A stretch of DNA of 19,659 nt from Nitrospirota bacterium (GTDB lineage: Bacteria; Nitrospirota; UBA9217), in the NCBI GenBank assembly GCA_963741205.1, contig CAVUHW010000037.1, positions 1 to 19,659 on the forward strand, written 5' to 3'. The notes under the pieces are model-generated. The model searched no databases, was not told the origin of the DNA, and saw only the letters and a program-made list of their open reading frames with translations. Position numbers and translations under genes: made by a program. This document shows, one piece after another, positions 9,095 through 18,964 of this stretch (the stretch's first letter is position 1; each line of letters opens with the position of its first letter).

Positions 9095-9848
9095 TTATAA
9101 AACAGGCGCAATCGACGCCGTTATGGCAACTGGAACATGCGGGCGCAAACCCTGTGCCGCTCGCAGACGATACTGCCTTTCAGATCAAGGCCGTGGCAAG
9201 TCGTGCAGCCGGCAACGAAGTCTCGTCCGTAGGTGCCGTGGAAACCGACGGGATCGTCAGTCGCTGTCAACCATCCTGACGGATGTCCGATGTTGCCGTC
9301 GGGCCCGTTATGGCAGGCAAAGCAGCTCACCTCGTGCGATGCCGCCGTCCAGGTTCGCTCCGTGGCACTGGCTGCACAGGGACGTATCTCTCACCTCTGA
9401 AACAGGTGCTGCGCCGCCTATCAGGCTGGAAAGATAGCCTGCGATGTCCCGGATTTCCTCCTGGCTTAAGACGGCCTGTCCCCGCATGAGCGGGACCCCA
9501 TTGATGGTGCCTGTTATGTTGGCCGGGATGTCCGTCGAAAATTGTAAAATGGCGAGGATGTTTGGGCCGACCTTTCCCTTGGCGGTGCTGCTGTGGCAGG
9601 GAGCGCAGTGCCGTATGAACAGCGCGGCTCCATTGCCGGCGGTTTGTTCCGGCGAGACTGATGTGACCGGGGTAGCGTGGAAGTCCTGCGTGCCGATCGC
9701 AAGCGGACTTGCCCACTGGCTCGGGATGGCCTGTTACCGGAACAAAGACTTTGCCGCGAATCGGTGCCCTTTGCAGGCACGCAGCCATAAGAACGATATC
9801 GCGAGGAGTGCGAGGCCGGATTCGTTATTCTTCCTATTTGATGGACAT
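9095..9848 (-). CDS. Multiheme cytochrome c, probable lipoprotein, 5 CxxCH motifs (frameshifted; start uncertain)
   Basis: CxxCH codons read directly: CAPCH 9593-9607, CSQCH 9362-9376, CFACH 9310-9324, CTTCH 9193-9207, CSSCH 9123-9137. Hydrophobic 'GLALLAISFLWL..AC-KG' N-terminus; ends PVL-TAA at 9095. Confidence 0.8.
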
Positions 9849-10315
9849 TGTTTGCATAGCCTGTTGTTCTGGGTCCCGTGACACCGGTAACAGCTCGTCG
9901 GGTCGAGCCTTCCGTCGATCCTGTGCTGGAAGAGGTAGTCGCCCCGGTGGGGCAGCCACCGCTCGGGAGAACCCGAATATTTTTCACTCGGCTTCAATTC
10001 GTCCTTATACGCGTGGCAATCCGTGCAAAATGAGACCTTGTGGCAGGCATTGCACAACCGGGACGACTGCGAGGCGTAAAACCGGTGGCCGCTGATGAAA
10101 TCGGCGCTGTGGTTGAACGTGGCAATCGGTTTAAGGGCAACGCCCGTGTCTTCCGTATGGCATTCCGTACAGCGAGGCATCGCGGTGAGCTCGATGGGAT
10201 GACTGTCCGGGATTTTCCGTTCGAGCGCGGAACTCAATTCCGGCGACGCGGCGAACAGGATCAGCAGAGATGCCACGAGATAAATTGCACTCGGTATTTT
10301 TTTCTCCTCCATCAT
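9834..10315 (-). CDS. Secreted (probably periplasmic) multiheme cytochrome c; 4 intact CxxCH plus a fifth broken by a frameshift
   Basis: Signal peptide (…ILFAASPELSSA), CTECH, CNACH, CTDCH, CYRCH and terminal CKQC followed by out-of-frame CAT; extra His ligands (SHP, NH, GH, PH, QH). ATG sits right after the porin stop. Confidence 0.88.
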
Positions 10316-10316
10316 G

Positions 10317-11561
10317 TCATCTCCCGCTCTTGAAATTGTATACAAGGTTCAGCAACACCGTGGTGTTATGAAGAAAATCCGGGGTCTTACTATAGTCAAC
10401 GCTCAAATTGGACGTCAACGAGTCGCTGATCGTGTACCGGACAGTTCCGTTCAGTGAATAGGCATCGCTGACGCCGTTAAAAGGCACATCGTAATGATGA
10501 TTGATGGCATCGAAGGAAAACCTCCAGCCTTCCATGTCCTCGGCGACGTAGACCCGTGCCTCGCGGTATCTGAGCTTATCCACGGCGCCCTCCATCCTGT
10601 GGATACGAGGCACCTGCGGAGGTTTTGGAAATTGCCACGATAATTCCGGCGCCGTAATATGCGGCTTCTCCCATGGTCTTGTACGAATAGTTCGTGTAGT
10701 CGACGACTCCCCTGATGCCGTCTCTGAACCGGTATTCCGCCATGCCGCCCAATTTTCGTCAGCGTCTCGCCTCTCCGAGAAAATCCGGAGAGAACACGCT
10801 AAGCGTCCGCGTTGCAAATGCGTCATCATAGTCTGTCCTGGTATACAGACCCGAAAGGATCAGTTTGTTCATGGGAATATCTTGAGGGTATAAGCAGTGT
10901 TCTCCCCATCCTTCCGTTATATTGTTGTAGTACGAATGCCCCTTAAGCTCAACCTTCCGGTAAGGAAGGAGCCAGACATCGACTCCGGTTTCTTCGCGAA
11001 AGCGGGCCTTGTCGTTGGTTTCGTAGAGCAGAGACAACCCGATCTCCGCCCGGTTAGAGAACCGCTGGTACACCCTGCCGCCGTACGCGGCATCGCCTCC
11101 GCGGGTGTCGAACGCCGTCACGACCGGCGACCCGCCGAACAGGGAAAGGCCGTTGGATGGCGTCGCCTCCCAGCGCGACGAGACACCGTCGACTTGCTCC
11201 GTGGCGACACCCTCGAAGATGTAGTGTCTTCCCGCATACAAGAGCAGCCGTTTGTCCTGATAGGGTGAATAGCGCAGATAGGCATAGGTAAGTTCGTCCC
11301 GGGTTTTGTCTCCGAACTCCACGGTCTTGAAGTCATGCGCCCCCCACGCGGAAACGTGAAAGTCCCACTGTCCCTGCTTCTGGTCCCTGCCGTCCAGTTC
11401 CACATATTCATTCAGGGGGGCGTATTGCTGGTCCCGCGCATCATGAAAGAACCTGAGATAGGTTTTCGAGGTCACGTCTGATTTCAGCGGGAGAACTTCG
11501 GGGAAATACGATGGGCGCAGAAGACGGCAAGCAGTAACGATGTTCGGGCTGTGAATGTCAT
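10317..11561 (-). CDS. Outer-membrane beta-barrel porin, probable porin subunit of a porin-cytochrome complex (about 410 aa, frameshifted)
   Basis: Signal peptide MTFTARTSLLLAVFCA from ATG 11561. ORFs 10759..11631 and 10317..10829 give amphipathic, aromatic-rich strands (APLNEYVELD, LLYAGRHYIFEGVATEQVDG, YGGRVYQRF, REETGVDVWL) and end 'LLNLVYNF'. Directly upstream of two multiheme cytochromes. Confidence 0.78.
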
Positions 11562-11602
11562 CCAAGTACTCACTTCGTGGTCTGAATGATATCTGATAAT
11601 GG

Positions 11603-12010
11603 TCAGGTCTTCTGACGCGCCATGTCTTCAAAATTCGCTTTTTTCAGCATGTCCGAAACTTTGGCCTGCACGTTAAACCACAGGGCGTGAGAGGGGCACT
11701 GCTTGGAAAAACTGCATTTTTTCTTGTCGGTAATGCAGATATTCATCGCGAGTTTTCCTTCGATGGCCTCGAGCACTTCAAGGACGGAAATCTCGCGCGC
11801 CTGCCGGGCAAGTGAAAATCCGCCCTTGACGCCGCGGTACGACCGTACGATCTTCGCCTTCACCAGCTTCTGGAGGATCTTGGCCAGAAAACTCCTCGGG
11901 ATCTTGTATTCCTCCGATATTTCGTTGACGAAACTGACTTTTTTAAAAGGCTGGCGGGCAAGATACAAGACGCTGCGTATGCCGTAATCACCTTCCCGTG
12001 TCAGTTGCAT
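11603..12010 (-). CDS. Rrf2-family transcriptional regulator with Fe-S ligands
   Basis: 'LTREGDYGIR', 'FLAKILQKLVKAKIVRSYRGVKGGFSLAR', 'ISVLEVLEAIEG' and Cys triad CITDKKKCSFSKQCPSH. Confidence 0.95.
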   Translation of the reverse strand: MQLTREGDYGIRSVLYLARQPFKKVSFVNEISEEYKIPRSFLAKILQKLVKAKIVRSYRGVKGGFSLARQAREISVLEVLEAIEGKLAMNICITDKKKCSFSKQCPSHALWFNVQAKVSDMLKKANFEDMARQKT

Positions 12011-12044
12011 GGTCTTAGTATATCGAACCCTCTGTCATTGTCAA
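12011..12044 (-). promoter_or_regulatory. Near-consensus sigma70 promoter of the rrf2-porin-cytochrome cluster (probably leaderless)
   Basis: TTGACA (12044-12039), 16 nt, TATACT (12022-12017), 6 nt, ATG (12010); no SD sequence. Confidence 0.7.
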
Positions 12045-12136
12045 GCCGGGCCAAGAGCTTTTTTGTCCGGGTCTCTGATCCATTCTGATTCAAGAAAACC
12101 AGGTACTGTGATATAATGAGCCCATCAGGAGGCCGC

Positions 12137-12792
12137 ATGAAATCTGCGTGCATCATTGTTTTCGTTGCAAGCATTCTCCTTCTTCCTGCCGCGACGCCGG
12201 CGCAAATCCTCGGCACGGCCGGACTCTCCGGGGTTGTTTATCCGGCGGGCGCGTCAGTTACGCTGCTCTCCGGAAAGCGGACAGAGGGCTGACGTTGACC
12301 ACTGCTTCCGACGGGAGATATGATTTTGGCTCCCTTGCCGAAGGGAAGTATGTTCTTCAGGCTTCCTCCCCGGGGTACGCGGGTGATGCGGTCGAGGTCC
12401 GACTTTCCGGGGAACGGCATGCCGTTCAAAACATGAGGCTCCTCTATATCTCCCCGATCGACGGAATAGACTGGTCAAAAGGGATCATTCGCGCCAAAGG
12501 ACGGGGCATGTATCCGTCGGACGCGTCAAACCGGCCTGCCGCGCGTGAAATGGCAAAACGCGCCGCTCTTTCCGAAGCCGAGCGAAATCTCTTGCGGATC
12601 GTCGAGCAGATCAAGCTCGGCCCGAAGCAGGAACTCACTTCTCTGCCTGCCCGTAGTTACATCACGAGAATCCACGGCTATCTCCAGGGCTTCCGCGTCG
12701 TTGGCGAGCGGGAAACGGACGCCGGCGTTGAAGTGGAGCTGGAGCTTCCCTTGACCGGACAGAGCGGCTTGACGAGATATATTTCAGATTAA
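12137..12792 (+). CDS. Secreted protein with carboxypeptidase-regulatory-like domain and C-terminal LPP20-like domain (frameshift near the N-terminus)
   Basis: AGGAGG, then ATG 12137 with signal-like MKSACIIVFVASILLLPAATPA; 'TTASDGRYDFGSLAEGKYVLQASSPGY'; 'IDWSKGIIRAKGRG...MAKRAALSEAERNLL'. Confidence 0.65.
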
Positions 12793-12816
12793 GGTCTATA
12801 TCATCCCGGAGTCATA

Positions 12817-13371
12817 ATGGGGCACATACATAGACCTCTGCCGGTCAAGCTGTTCATCGGTATGCTGTCTCCGGAACTTGATCTGTTCGGCGCCTGCTCT
12901 GAAATTCTGCAAAAGGAATTCGGTCCAATCAAGAGCGGCAGCGAATGCATGCCCTGGGACAGGTCGGATTACTACCAGGAAGAGATGGGGCGGAATATTT
13001 TCCGGAAGTTTCTGTTCTTCGAACGGTCAACGGACCCGGGAAAATTGTCCTCCATAAAAAGGTTCACCAACGATCTTGAAAATGACTATGCCGTCAAGAG
13101 CGGCCAGCATCTACGACGAAGGATCAACCTCGACCCCGGGTATGTCACGGAAGCCAAAGTCGTTCTCGCATCGGCCAAGGACTTTGCGCACCGCGTCTAT
13201 ATCGGAGACGGCATCTATGCTGAGGTTACTTTGAAGTACAACACGAAGGATCGAAGTTTTGTCCCCTGCGAGCACACCTATCCCGATTTCAGGACGGCGT
13301 CCTATCTGGCACTGTTTAACAACGTCCGGGAGGATCTTCGGACGGAATTGCGCAAAACCCGCCACTCCTGA
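12817..13371 (+). CDS. DUF4416 family protein
   Basis: 'PLPVKLFIGML', 'DYYQEEMG', 'RRINLDPGYV...VVLASAKDFAHRVYIGDGIYAEVTL' and 'HTYPDF'. Confidence 0.85.
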   Translation: MGHIHRPLPVKLFIGMLSPELDLFGACSEILQKEFGPIKSGSECMPWDRSDYYQEEMGRNIFRKFLFFERSTDPGKLSSIKRFTNDLENDYAVKSGQHLRRRINLDPGYVTEAKVVLASAKDFAHRVYIGDGIYAEVTLKYNTKDRSFVPCEHTYPDFRTASYLALFNNVREDLRTELRKTRHS

Positions 13372-13567
13372 TCTGTCGGAACATCGTGTCGCTGTCATGG
13401 CTTTAGGGATTGACAACCCCATTCAATCATAAAAATCCAGGGGTATCAAATCCGACTCATTTTTTTGCTGGCTAAGGAAATCGCATCCCGCGACCTTCAT
13501 AGGGAGACGAATGGATGTGCATCAGCGGTGATCTCGGTGGGAGAAGCGGATTTCGCCGTCATCAGGG

Positions 13568-13969
13568 TCATGAAGGTTCGGCCCCTTGAGTTAAAGCAGT
13601 TCCACCGGCGCTTTCCAATGCCGCTTCGACAATCCTGCCTAGTTCTTTCGCCTTGATGGGTTTGTTGATATATTCGAATACACCAAGACTGAGCGACTTC
13701 AAATACGTCTCGATGGCTCCATAACCCGTAAGGATGACCACTGGGACCTCGGGAAGAAATTGTTTCAACTGGACGAGAAACTCCAGGCCGTCCATTCCCG
13801 GCATGCGGTAATCCGTTATCACGAGATCCACAGGGGCGCCTTCTTGAATCACCGACAGAGCGGATGGGGCGTCCGGCTTGGTTATGACATTGTAGCCGAA
13901 ACGGTTCAAGATCTCACCAAGACTTCTCCGGATCTCCAGTTCATCGTCCACCAGAAGCAGTGTTTTCAT
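13568..13969 (-). CDS. Single-domain response regulator receiver (CheY-like)
   Basis: 'LLVDDE', 'DLVITDYRMPGMDG', 'ILTGYG' and 'YINKP'; no output domain. Confidence 0.92.
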   Translation of the reverse strand: MKTLLLVDDELEIRRSLGEILNRFGYNVITKPDAPSALSVIQEGAPVDLVITDYRMPGMDGLEFLVQLKQFLPEVPVVILTGYGAIETYLKSLSLGVFEYINKPIKAKELGRIVEAALESAGGTALTQGAEPS

Positions 13970-14596
13970 TGGTTCTGATCTCCGTAGATTATAGCAGGTA
14001 TATTCGGGACACCTTTGTTATTTGTTATTCACACCCGGACCATGAAAAAGCCTGAACACGAGCAAAATGCCATGCACTTTTATACCTCTTCGATAATAGC
14101 ATAAATAACTGTTTCATACTACCGAAGTCGTAAAAAACATAAAATATATAGTAAAATCAAGCTAATATACTATATAGTTTCTGCTTTATTGACGTAGCTG
14201 CGAACGACTTTCTCTTTTTTTCCAGTGTATTATCTACGGAATTTTATCGTCATAAATTAATTAAAACTTTAGTTTTAGTTTAACCATTAAAATCCTTTGT
14301 AAATCAATATATTGTATAAAATATACCAACGCAGAAAGCATTTCTGCTGGAAAAATATTCCGAACGCCCTTCACTCACGCCAGACACTCGTAATCGATGG
14401 GAACAGACAGTCGGAAATAAGTGGACACACTGTGCATCACTAAAAGGAATGCCTATGGGTCTCGCTTCTGGTCTTCGCCGTACTAGTATTTTAAACAAAT
14501 GAAAAAATCAGTAAGCCGTTATTTCTCGGGCAAAAAGGCATTGATTAAGCTATACTTATTTTCACGACCCTATAATAACTCACAAAGGAGATTCCT

Positions 14597-15433
14597 ATGA
14601 CCACTGACGCGTGTCCCATCACAAAATTGGACAAGATTCTATTGGCAACCGACGGGACCGCTTACAGCGAAGGAGCGATACGGGAAGGGATAAAATTCGC
14701 CGCTAAATGTTCGAGTAGGATTTACGCCTGCATGACGATTGAGACGAACCCCGAATATGAAACGATCGGGTCCAGCGCCATGGCAAAAGAGGAAGAAGAG
14801 GCGACTGCACACCTGAAGACCATCAAGGCCAGGGCGGAAAAAGAAGGAGTGACCTGCGAGACTATTTTTCATGAATCGATGGAAGCCTCGCAGGCCATCG
14901 TCGATGACGCCGCTGACAGGATGATGGACATGATCGTTATCGGCAGGCACGGATACAAAGGCCTGGTTAAGGCCTTGATGGGTGAAACTGCCGCAAAAGT
15001 CATCGCCCATGCCCCCTGCAAGGTCCTCGTTGTTCCGAAGGCCGCCCAGATAGAATACAAAAACATACTGGTCGCTACCGATGGCTCGGCTCACGGCAAT
15101 GCGGCAGTCAGTGAAGCGATCACCATCGCCAAGCGTTGCGGAAGCCACGTCATCGCGCTTTCGGCAATGCGCGATGAACGCGAACGGGATGAGGCAAACA
15201 CCTTATCAAGCACTGCCGTTGAACTGGCGCGAAAGGAGGGAGTTTCGGCGGAGGCGGTGACTCCCATGGGGAGATCGTACGACGTAATCGTCGAAACGGC
15301 AGGCGGCAGAGGGGTCGATCTCATCGTGATGGGGGCCTACGGGAAAACAGGCGTTAAGAAGCTCTTGATGGGAAGTGCGACGGAAAAGGTCATCGGGTCA
15401 GCCGGCTGCGCCGTGCTCGTGGCCAAGGCATAG
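14597..15433 (+). CDS. Universal stress protein, two tandem USP domains
   Basis: Two 'IL.ATDG' starts, 'IVIGRHG...MGETA' and 'IVMGAYG...MGSATEKV'; AAGGAG RBS. Confidence 0.95.
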   Translation: MTTDACPITKLDKILLATDGTAYSEGAIREGIKFAAKCSSRIYACMTIETNPEYETIGSSAMAKEEEEATAHLKTIKARAEKEGVTCETIFHESMEASQAIVDDAADRMMDMIVIGRHGYKGLVKALMGETAAKVIAHAPCKVLVVPKAAQIEYKNILVATDGSAHGNAAVSEAITIAKRCGSHVIALSAMRDERERDEANTLSSTAVELARKEGVSAEAVTPMGRSYDVIVETAGGRGVDLIVMGAYGKTGVKKLLMGSATEKVIGSAGCAVLVAKA

Positions 15434-15454
15434 CAACGCTTGACGGGAAAATAG

Positions 15455-15480
15455 CTACGGCCTCCGCGAGGAGGCCGTAG
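15455..15480. terminator. Hairpin between convergent usp and bfr, likely a bidirectional terminator
   Basis: Perfect 11-bp stem CTACGGCCTCC-GCGA-GGAGGCCGTAG; U-tracts are weak. Confidence 0.7.
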
Positions 15481-15516
15481 TAATAGTTATTGCGTTAGCT
15501 GCAGAATCACACTCCA

Positions 15517-15985
15517 TCAGTCCAATTGTTCCACCAGGTAGTTCTGCGGACCCATCTGTTTGATCTGGTCGAGCTGGGCCTCGAGCCAGTCGATGTGGTC
15601 CTCCTCTTCTTTCAAGATCGATTCAAACAGTTCTCGGGTGCCGTTGTCCCCCACCTCAACAGCCAGGCGGATGCTCTCATTGTAGCCCTTGATGGCCCCT
15701 TCCTCTGCGCCCCGGTCGTTCTGGTGCATCTGCCGGCACCTCGGCGCCGATGTACATTTTTCTCAGATCGCTGACGATGGGGCGACCTTCGAGAAAGAGG
15801 ATCCGGGCGATGAGCTTTTCGGCGTGCTTCATCTCGTCGATGGCCCGCTTCTCTATCATCTTGTGCAGCTTTCCGTAATTCCAGTTGTCGCACATCTCGG
15901 CGTGGACCATATACTGGTTGATGGCGGTCAACTCCTCGGCCAGCCGCGCGTTCAGGTGCTCGATGATCTTTTCGTTCCCTTTCAT
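15517..15985 (-). CDS. bfr: Bacterioferritin (single frameshift near 15733)
   Basis: N-half 'MKGNEKIIEHLN..LAEELTAINQY.VH...IDEMKHAEKLIARILFLEG.P' and C-half 'EEGAIKGYN...ILKEEEDHIDWLEAQL..I..MG.QNYL'; ferroxidase residues and heme Met present; GAGGA RBS. Confidence 0.93.
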
Positions 15986-16050
15986 TTCGTATCCTCCTCT
16001 ATTCCTTAGATGTCGAACCGGACTTTCCGAACCAAGAGCGGCGTCCGAGG

Positions 16051-16092
16051 TTACAACTTGTAAGAGTATAGCAAGGTTCCAGAAAAAATCAA
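16051..16092 (-). promoter_or_regulatory. bfr promoter with overlapping palindrome
   Basis: TTGATT (16092-16087), 16 nt, extended -10 TGcTATACT (16073-16065); TTACAA-C-TTGTAA at 16051-16063. Confidence 0.55.
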
Positions 16093-16116
16093 GGTTTCGA
16101 ACGACGAGCGAGCGAG

Positions 16117-16149
16117 AAAAAAAGCGGAGCAGACTAAAGCCCGCTCCGC
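16117..16149 (-). terminator. Rho-independent terminator after the outer-membrane barrel gene
   Basis: Minus strand GCGGAGCGGGC-TTTA-GTCTGCTCCGC followed by T7. Confidence 0.8.
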
Positions 16150-16251
16150 ATCGGGTTCATATCTGGCACTTTCTCATGACTGCAAATGATATAAACGAAA
16201 CCTGCCCACCGCCGGGGAAAAAAGCATCTGCCATATTCGTAGTCGTTTCTC

Positions 16252-17031
16252 CTAGAACCTGACGGTCACACCAGCGCGAACCGACTGGTCTACTTCCGTG
16301 TCATTGCGTCCGAACAGGAATCCCGCACTCAGATCCAGCGAGTCCTGTGGAGAATAGATGAGACCGATCTGAGCGAAGACGGGATAACTGCTGTCTGTGG
16401 AATCAGCATTTCTGGTTGCACCGATTTCTCCCACGATCTTCCACCGTTCAGCCATTGCAAATCGACTGGCAAGCGAACCGAGCCATATATTGGTGCGATT
16501 CCCCGATGAGTTCGGGAGATACAGATAGCCGAGATTCACATCGAAGGACCAGGGTTCAGCATCAACGGTCGAGATCAAGGATGCTGAATAGTCAACGTGA
16601 CCAGATCCCAGACCCTTGTCCGCATCGCCCGTGGGAATGATTATGCCGGGTTTGATCGCCAGACTGAGTTTTTGCTTGTCGAAGAATCGCCATTTTGCCT
16701 CAATAGCGGTATCGAAAAGTCCGTGATTTCTCGTAATCGTTCCTGATTCTTTTGTGTCAGTCCATACATAGGGCACAGTAACCATCACATCCATGGTCTC
16801 GGCAATTCCTGCGGTCAATACGACCGTGGCAATGGAATTAAGCTCTCTCACTCCCTCGCCACCCTCGTTTTTCTTGTCGGTAAGCCAGGTGCCCGATGCT
16901 TCGAGTTGATACTTTCCGGTCCCCTGCGTCCCCGTATCATCCGTAACAAGCGGATGCGCCGCCCATGATGCCGCCGGTATTACCAAAACCGCACAAAGCG
17001 TAAATATTCCGGCCAGCTTCTTCAAATACAC
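16252..17031 (-). CDS. Outer-membrane beta-barrel 'transporter' (Phenol_MetA_deg/COG4313-like)
   Basis: GTG start after GGGGAGG; signal peptide ending ASWA; 'HPLVTDDTGTQG', 'AKWRFF', 'PTGD..KGLGSG..D'; C-terminal Phe (VTVRF). Confidence 0.8.
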   Translation of the reverse strand: MYLKKLAGIFTLCAVLVIPAASWAAHPLVTDDTGTQGTGKYQLEASGTWLTDKKNEGGEGVRELNSIATVVLTAGIAETMDVMVTVPYVWTDTKESGTITRNHGLFDTAIEAKWRFFDKQKLSLAIKPGIIIPTGDADKGLGSGHVDYSASLISTVDAEPWSFDVNLGYLYLPNSSGNRTNIWLGSLASRFAMAERWKIVGEIGATRNADSTDSSYPVFAQIGLIYSPQDSLDLSAGFLFGRNDTEVDQSVRAGVTVRF

Positions 17032-17175
17032 CGATCGATCTCCTCCCCATCTTGGTTCATAGATACTCTTAAAACATCATTACGTGCCTGTCTTTCATGG
17101 TATCAATACATGATTCATCAACAACGTAAATATCGTCATGACCTTAATTGTTCTGTCTTGACTTGATACACATTT

Positions 17176-17922
<747 letters not shown>

Positions 17923-18082
17923 CTCCACCTCCGCATTCCCCTTTGCCAAGGTTCCATCATTCCTCAGTCCAGACATAATTTCGCTAGTCTACTTCTCCCA
18001 CTTCCGTTTCCAAACCAGACCATAATCAACATCATCACCGTATTGTAAAATTACTTTTCCTTACTGCTGGCGCCTCCTTTTT

Positions 18083-18101
18083 GATATTGATAATCATTTT
18101 C
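18083..18101. promoter_or_regulatory. Fur box
   Basis: GATATTGATAATCATTTTC matches the consensus GATAATGATAATCATTATC at 17/19; just upstream of a minus-strand AAGGAGG RBS; iron genes on both sides. Confidence 0.85.
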
Positions 18102-18113
18102 ATATTATTTATC

Positions 18114-18148
18114 AAAAAAATAACCCTTGTTTAGATGCAAGGGTTATT
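18114..18148 (-). terminator. Terminator of the feoB-regulator transcript
   Basis: AATAACCCTTG-N8-CAAGGGTTATT inverted repeat followed by a T run on the minus strand, about 20 nt after the regulator stop. Confidence 0.7.
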
Positions 18149-18169
18149 AATCTTCTGACGCCAATACGA

Positions 18170-18867
18170 CTACATTTTTTTTACAAAGATCTCCTTCTAA
18201 TGTCCTTGTCAACAGCTATCATGGTCTCTCCAGCCGGATGACGTACGAGGTTTTTTCTGATGGAGCTTGACCATGCTGCCGGGAGTCAGGCCCATGGCGG
18301 AAAGACGGTCCAGCCGCGAATGCGACTCTGGCGTAATAAACACAATCTTGGCCGTCGCCCGGCAGGAGGTCGCGAGGGGCGCCACGAGAGGCTTCATCTC
18401 TTGCCGGAACATGGAGCAGCACGCCCCGCGCGGAATAGGCTTTCCGTCAGGACAATTGGGCGGTGACCGAGCAGGGTGCATACACTGTCAGTCACTTCAG
18501 GATAAAAATAGACTCAAATTTGCACGCCTCTGCCTCGGCGCCGTCAAAGTAAAAGACCATAGAACATCCAAAGCGACAACCGGCGCCTGCGAACCAGTTC
18601 TTTTGCGGGCTTTTCCCCTTTCGGCATAAGTTCGATGGTTTCGCCCTTCATGTCGATCCAGCCGTTCTTCGCAAGTTCCTTAAGGATGCTGTCGCATCCT
18701 TCGATGCTGCAATTCTCAACTACGTCTCCGCGGGAAAACTTGCCGTCCTCCCGAAGCGTCCACATGATCTCGAAGAGTTCGTCTTCCTTCTCTATCTCCG
18801 GCAGGACGCAGAGCGCCGGGTGTCCGGCTTTTCCTTCGATGGTGTCGATTCGCTTATGTTCTGACAT
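18170..18867 (-). CDS. DtxR/MntR-family metal-dependent regulator with C-terminal FeoA (SH3) domain; frameshifted
   Basis: Across frames: 'PKGEK.AKELVRRRRL', 'EACKFE', 'DSVCTLLGH.PNCPDGKPIPRG.CC', 'RLSAMGLTPGSMVKLHQKK.SYVIRL..T.IAVDKDI..EIFV'; stop at 18170. Confidence 0.82.
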
Positions 18868-18964
18868 TGTCTCACCTCAGATCGATTTTGCGATTTGGCT
18901 TTCCTATAAATCTGCGCCCTCTGCTTTGCAATTAATTTGGTCCGCACTCCGCGTTCATCAATTC

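Noticed and set aside
9734-10345. Apparent fusion of the secreted cytochrome with a hydrophobic C-terminal tail
   Set aside because: The tail looks like the signal peptide of the next cytochrome, reached through a frameshift at about 9844 that also breaks the last CxxCH.
13410-13567. TTGACA plus AT-rich box, AGGGAG and a tiny ORF (MDVHQR*) on the + strand
   Set aside because: Promoter spacing is too short and no recognisable product results; it cannot be supported.
14061-14080. Possible sigma54 promoter upstream of the response regulator (TGGCA...TTGC)
   Set aside because: The GG-to-GC spacing is not the required 10 nt.
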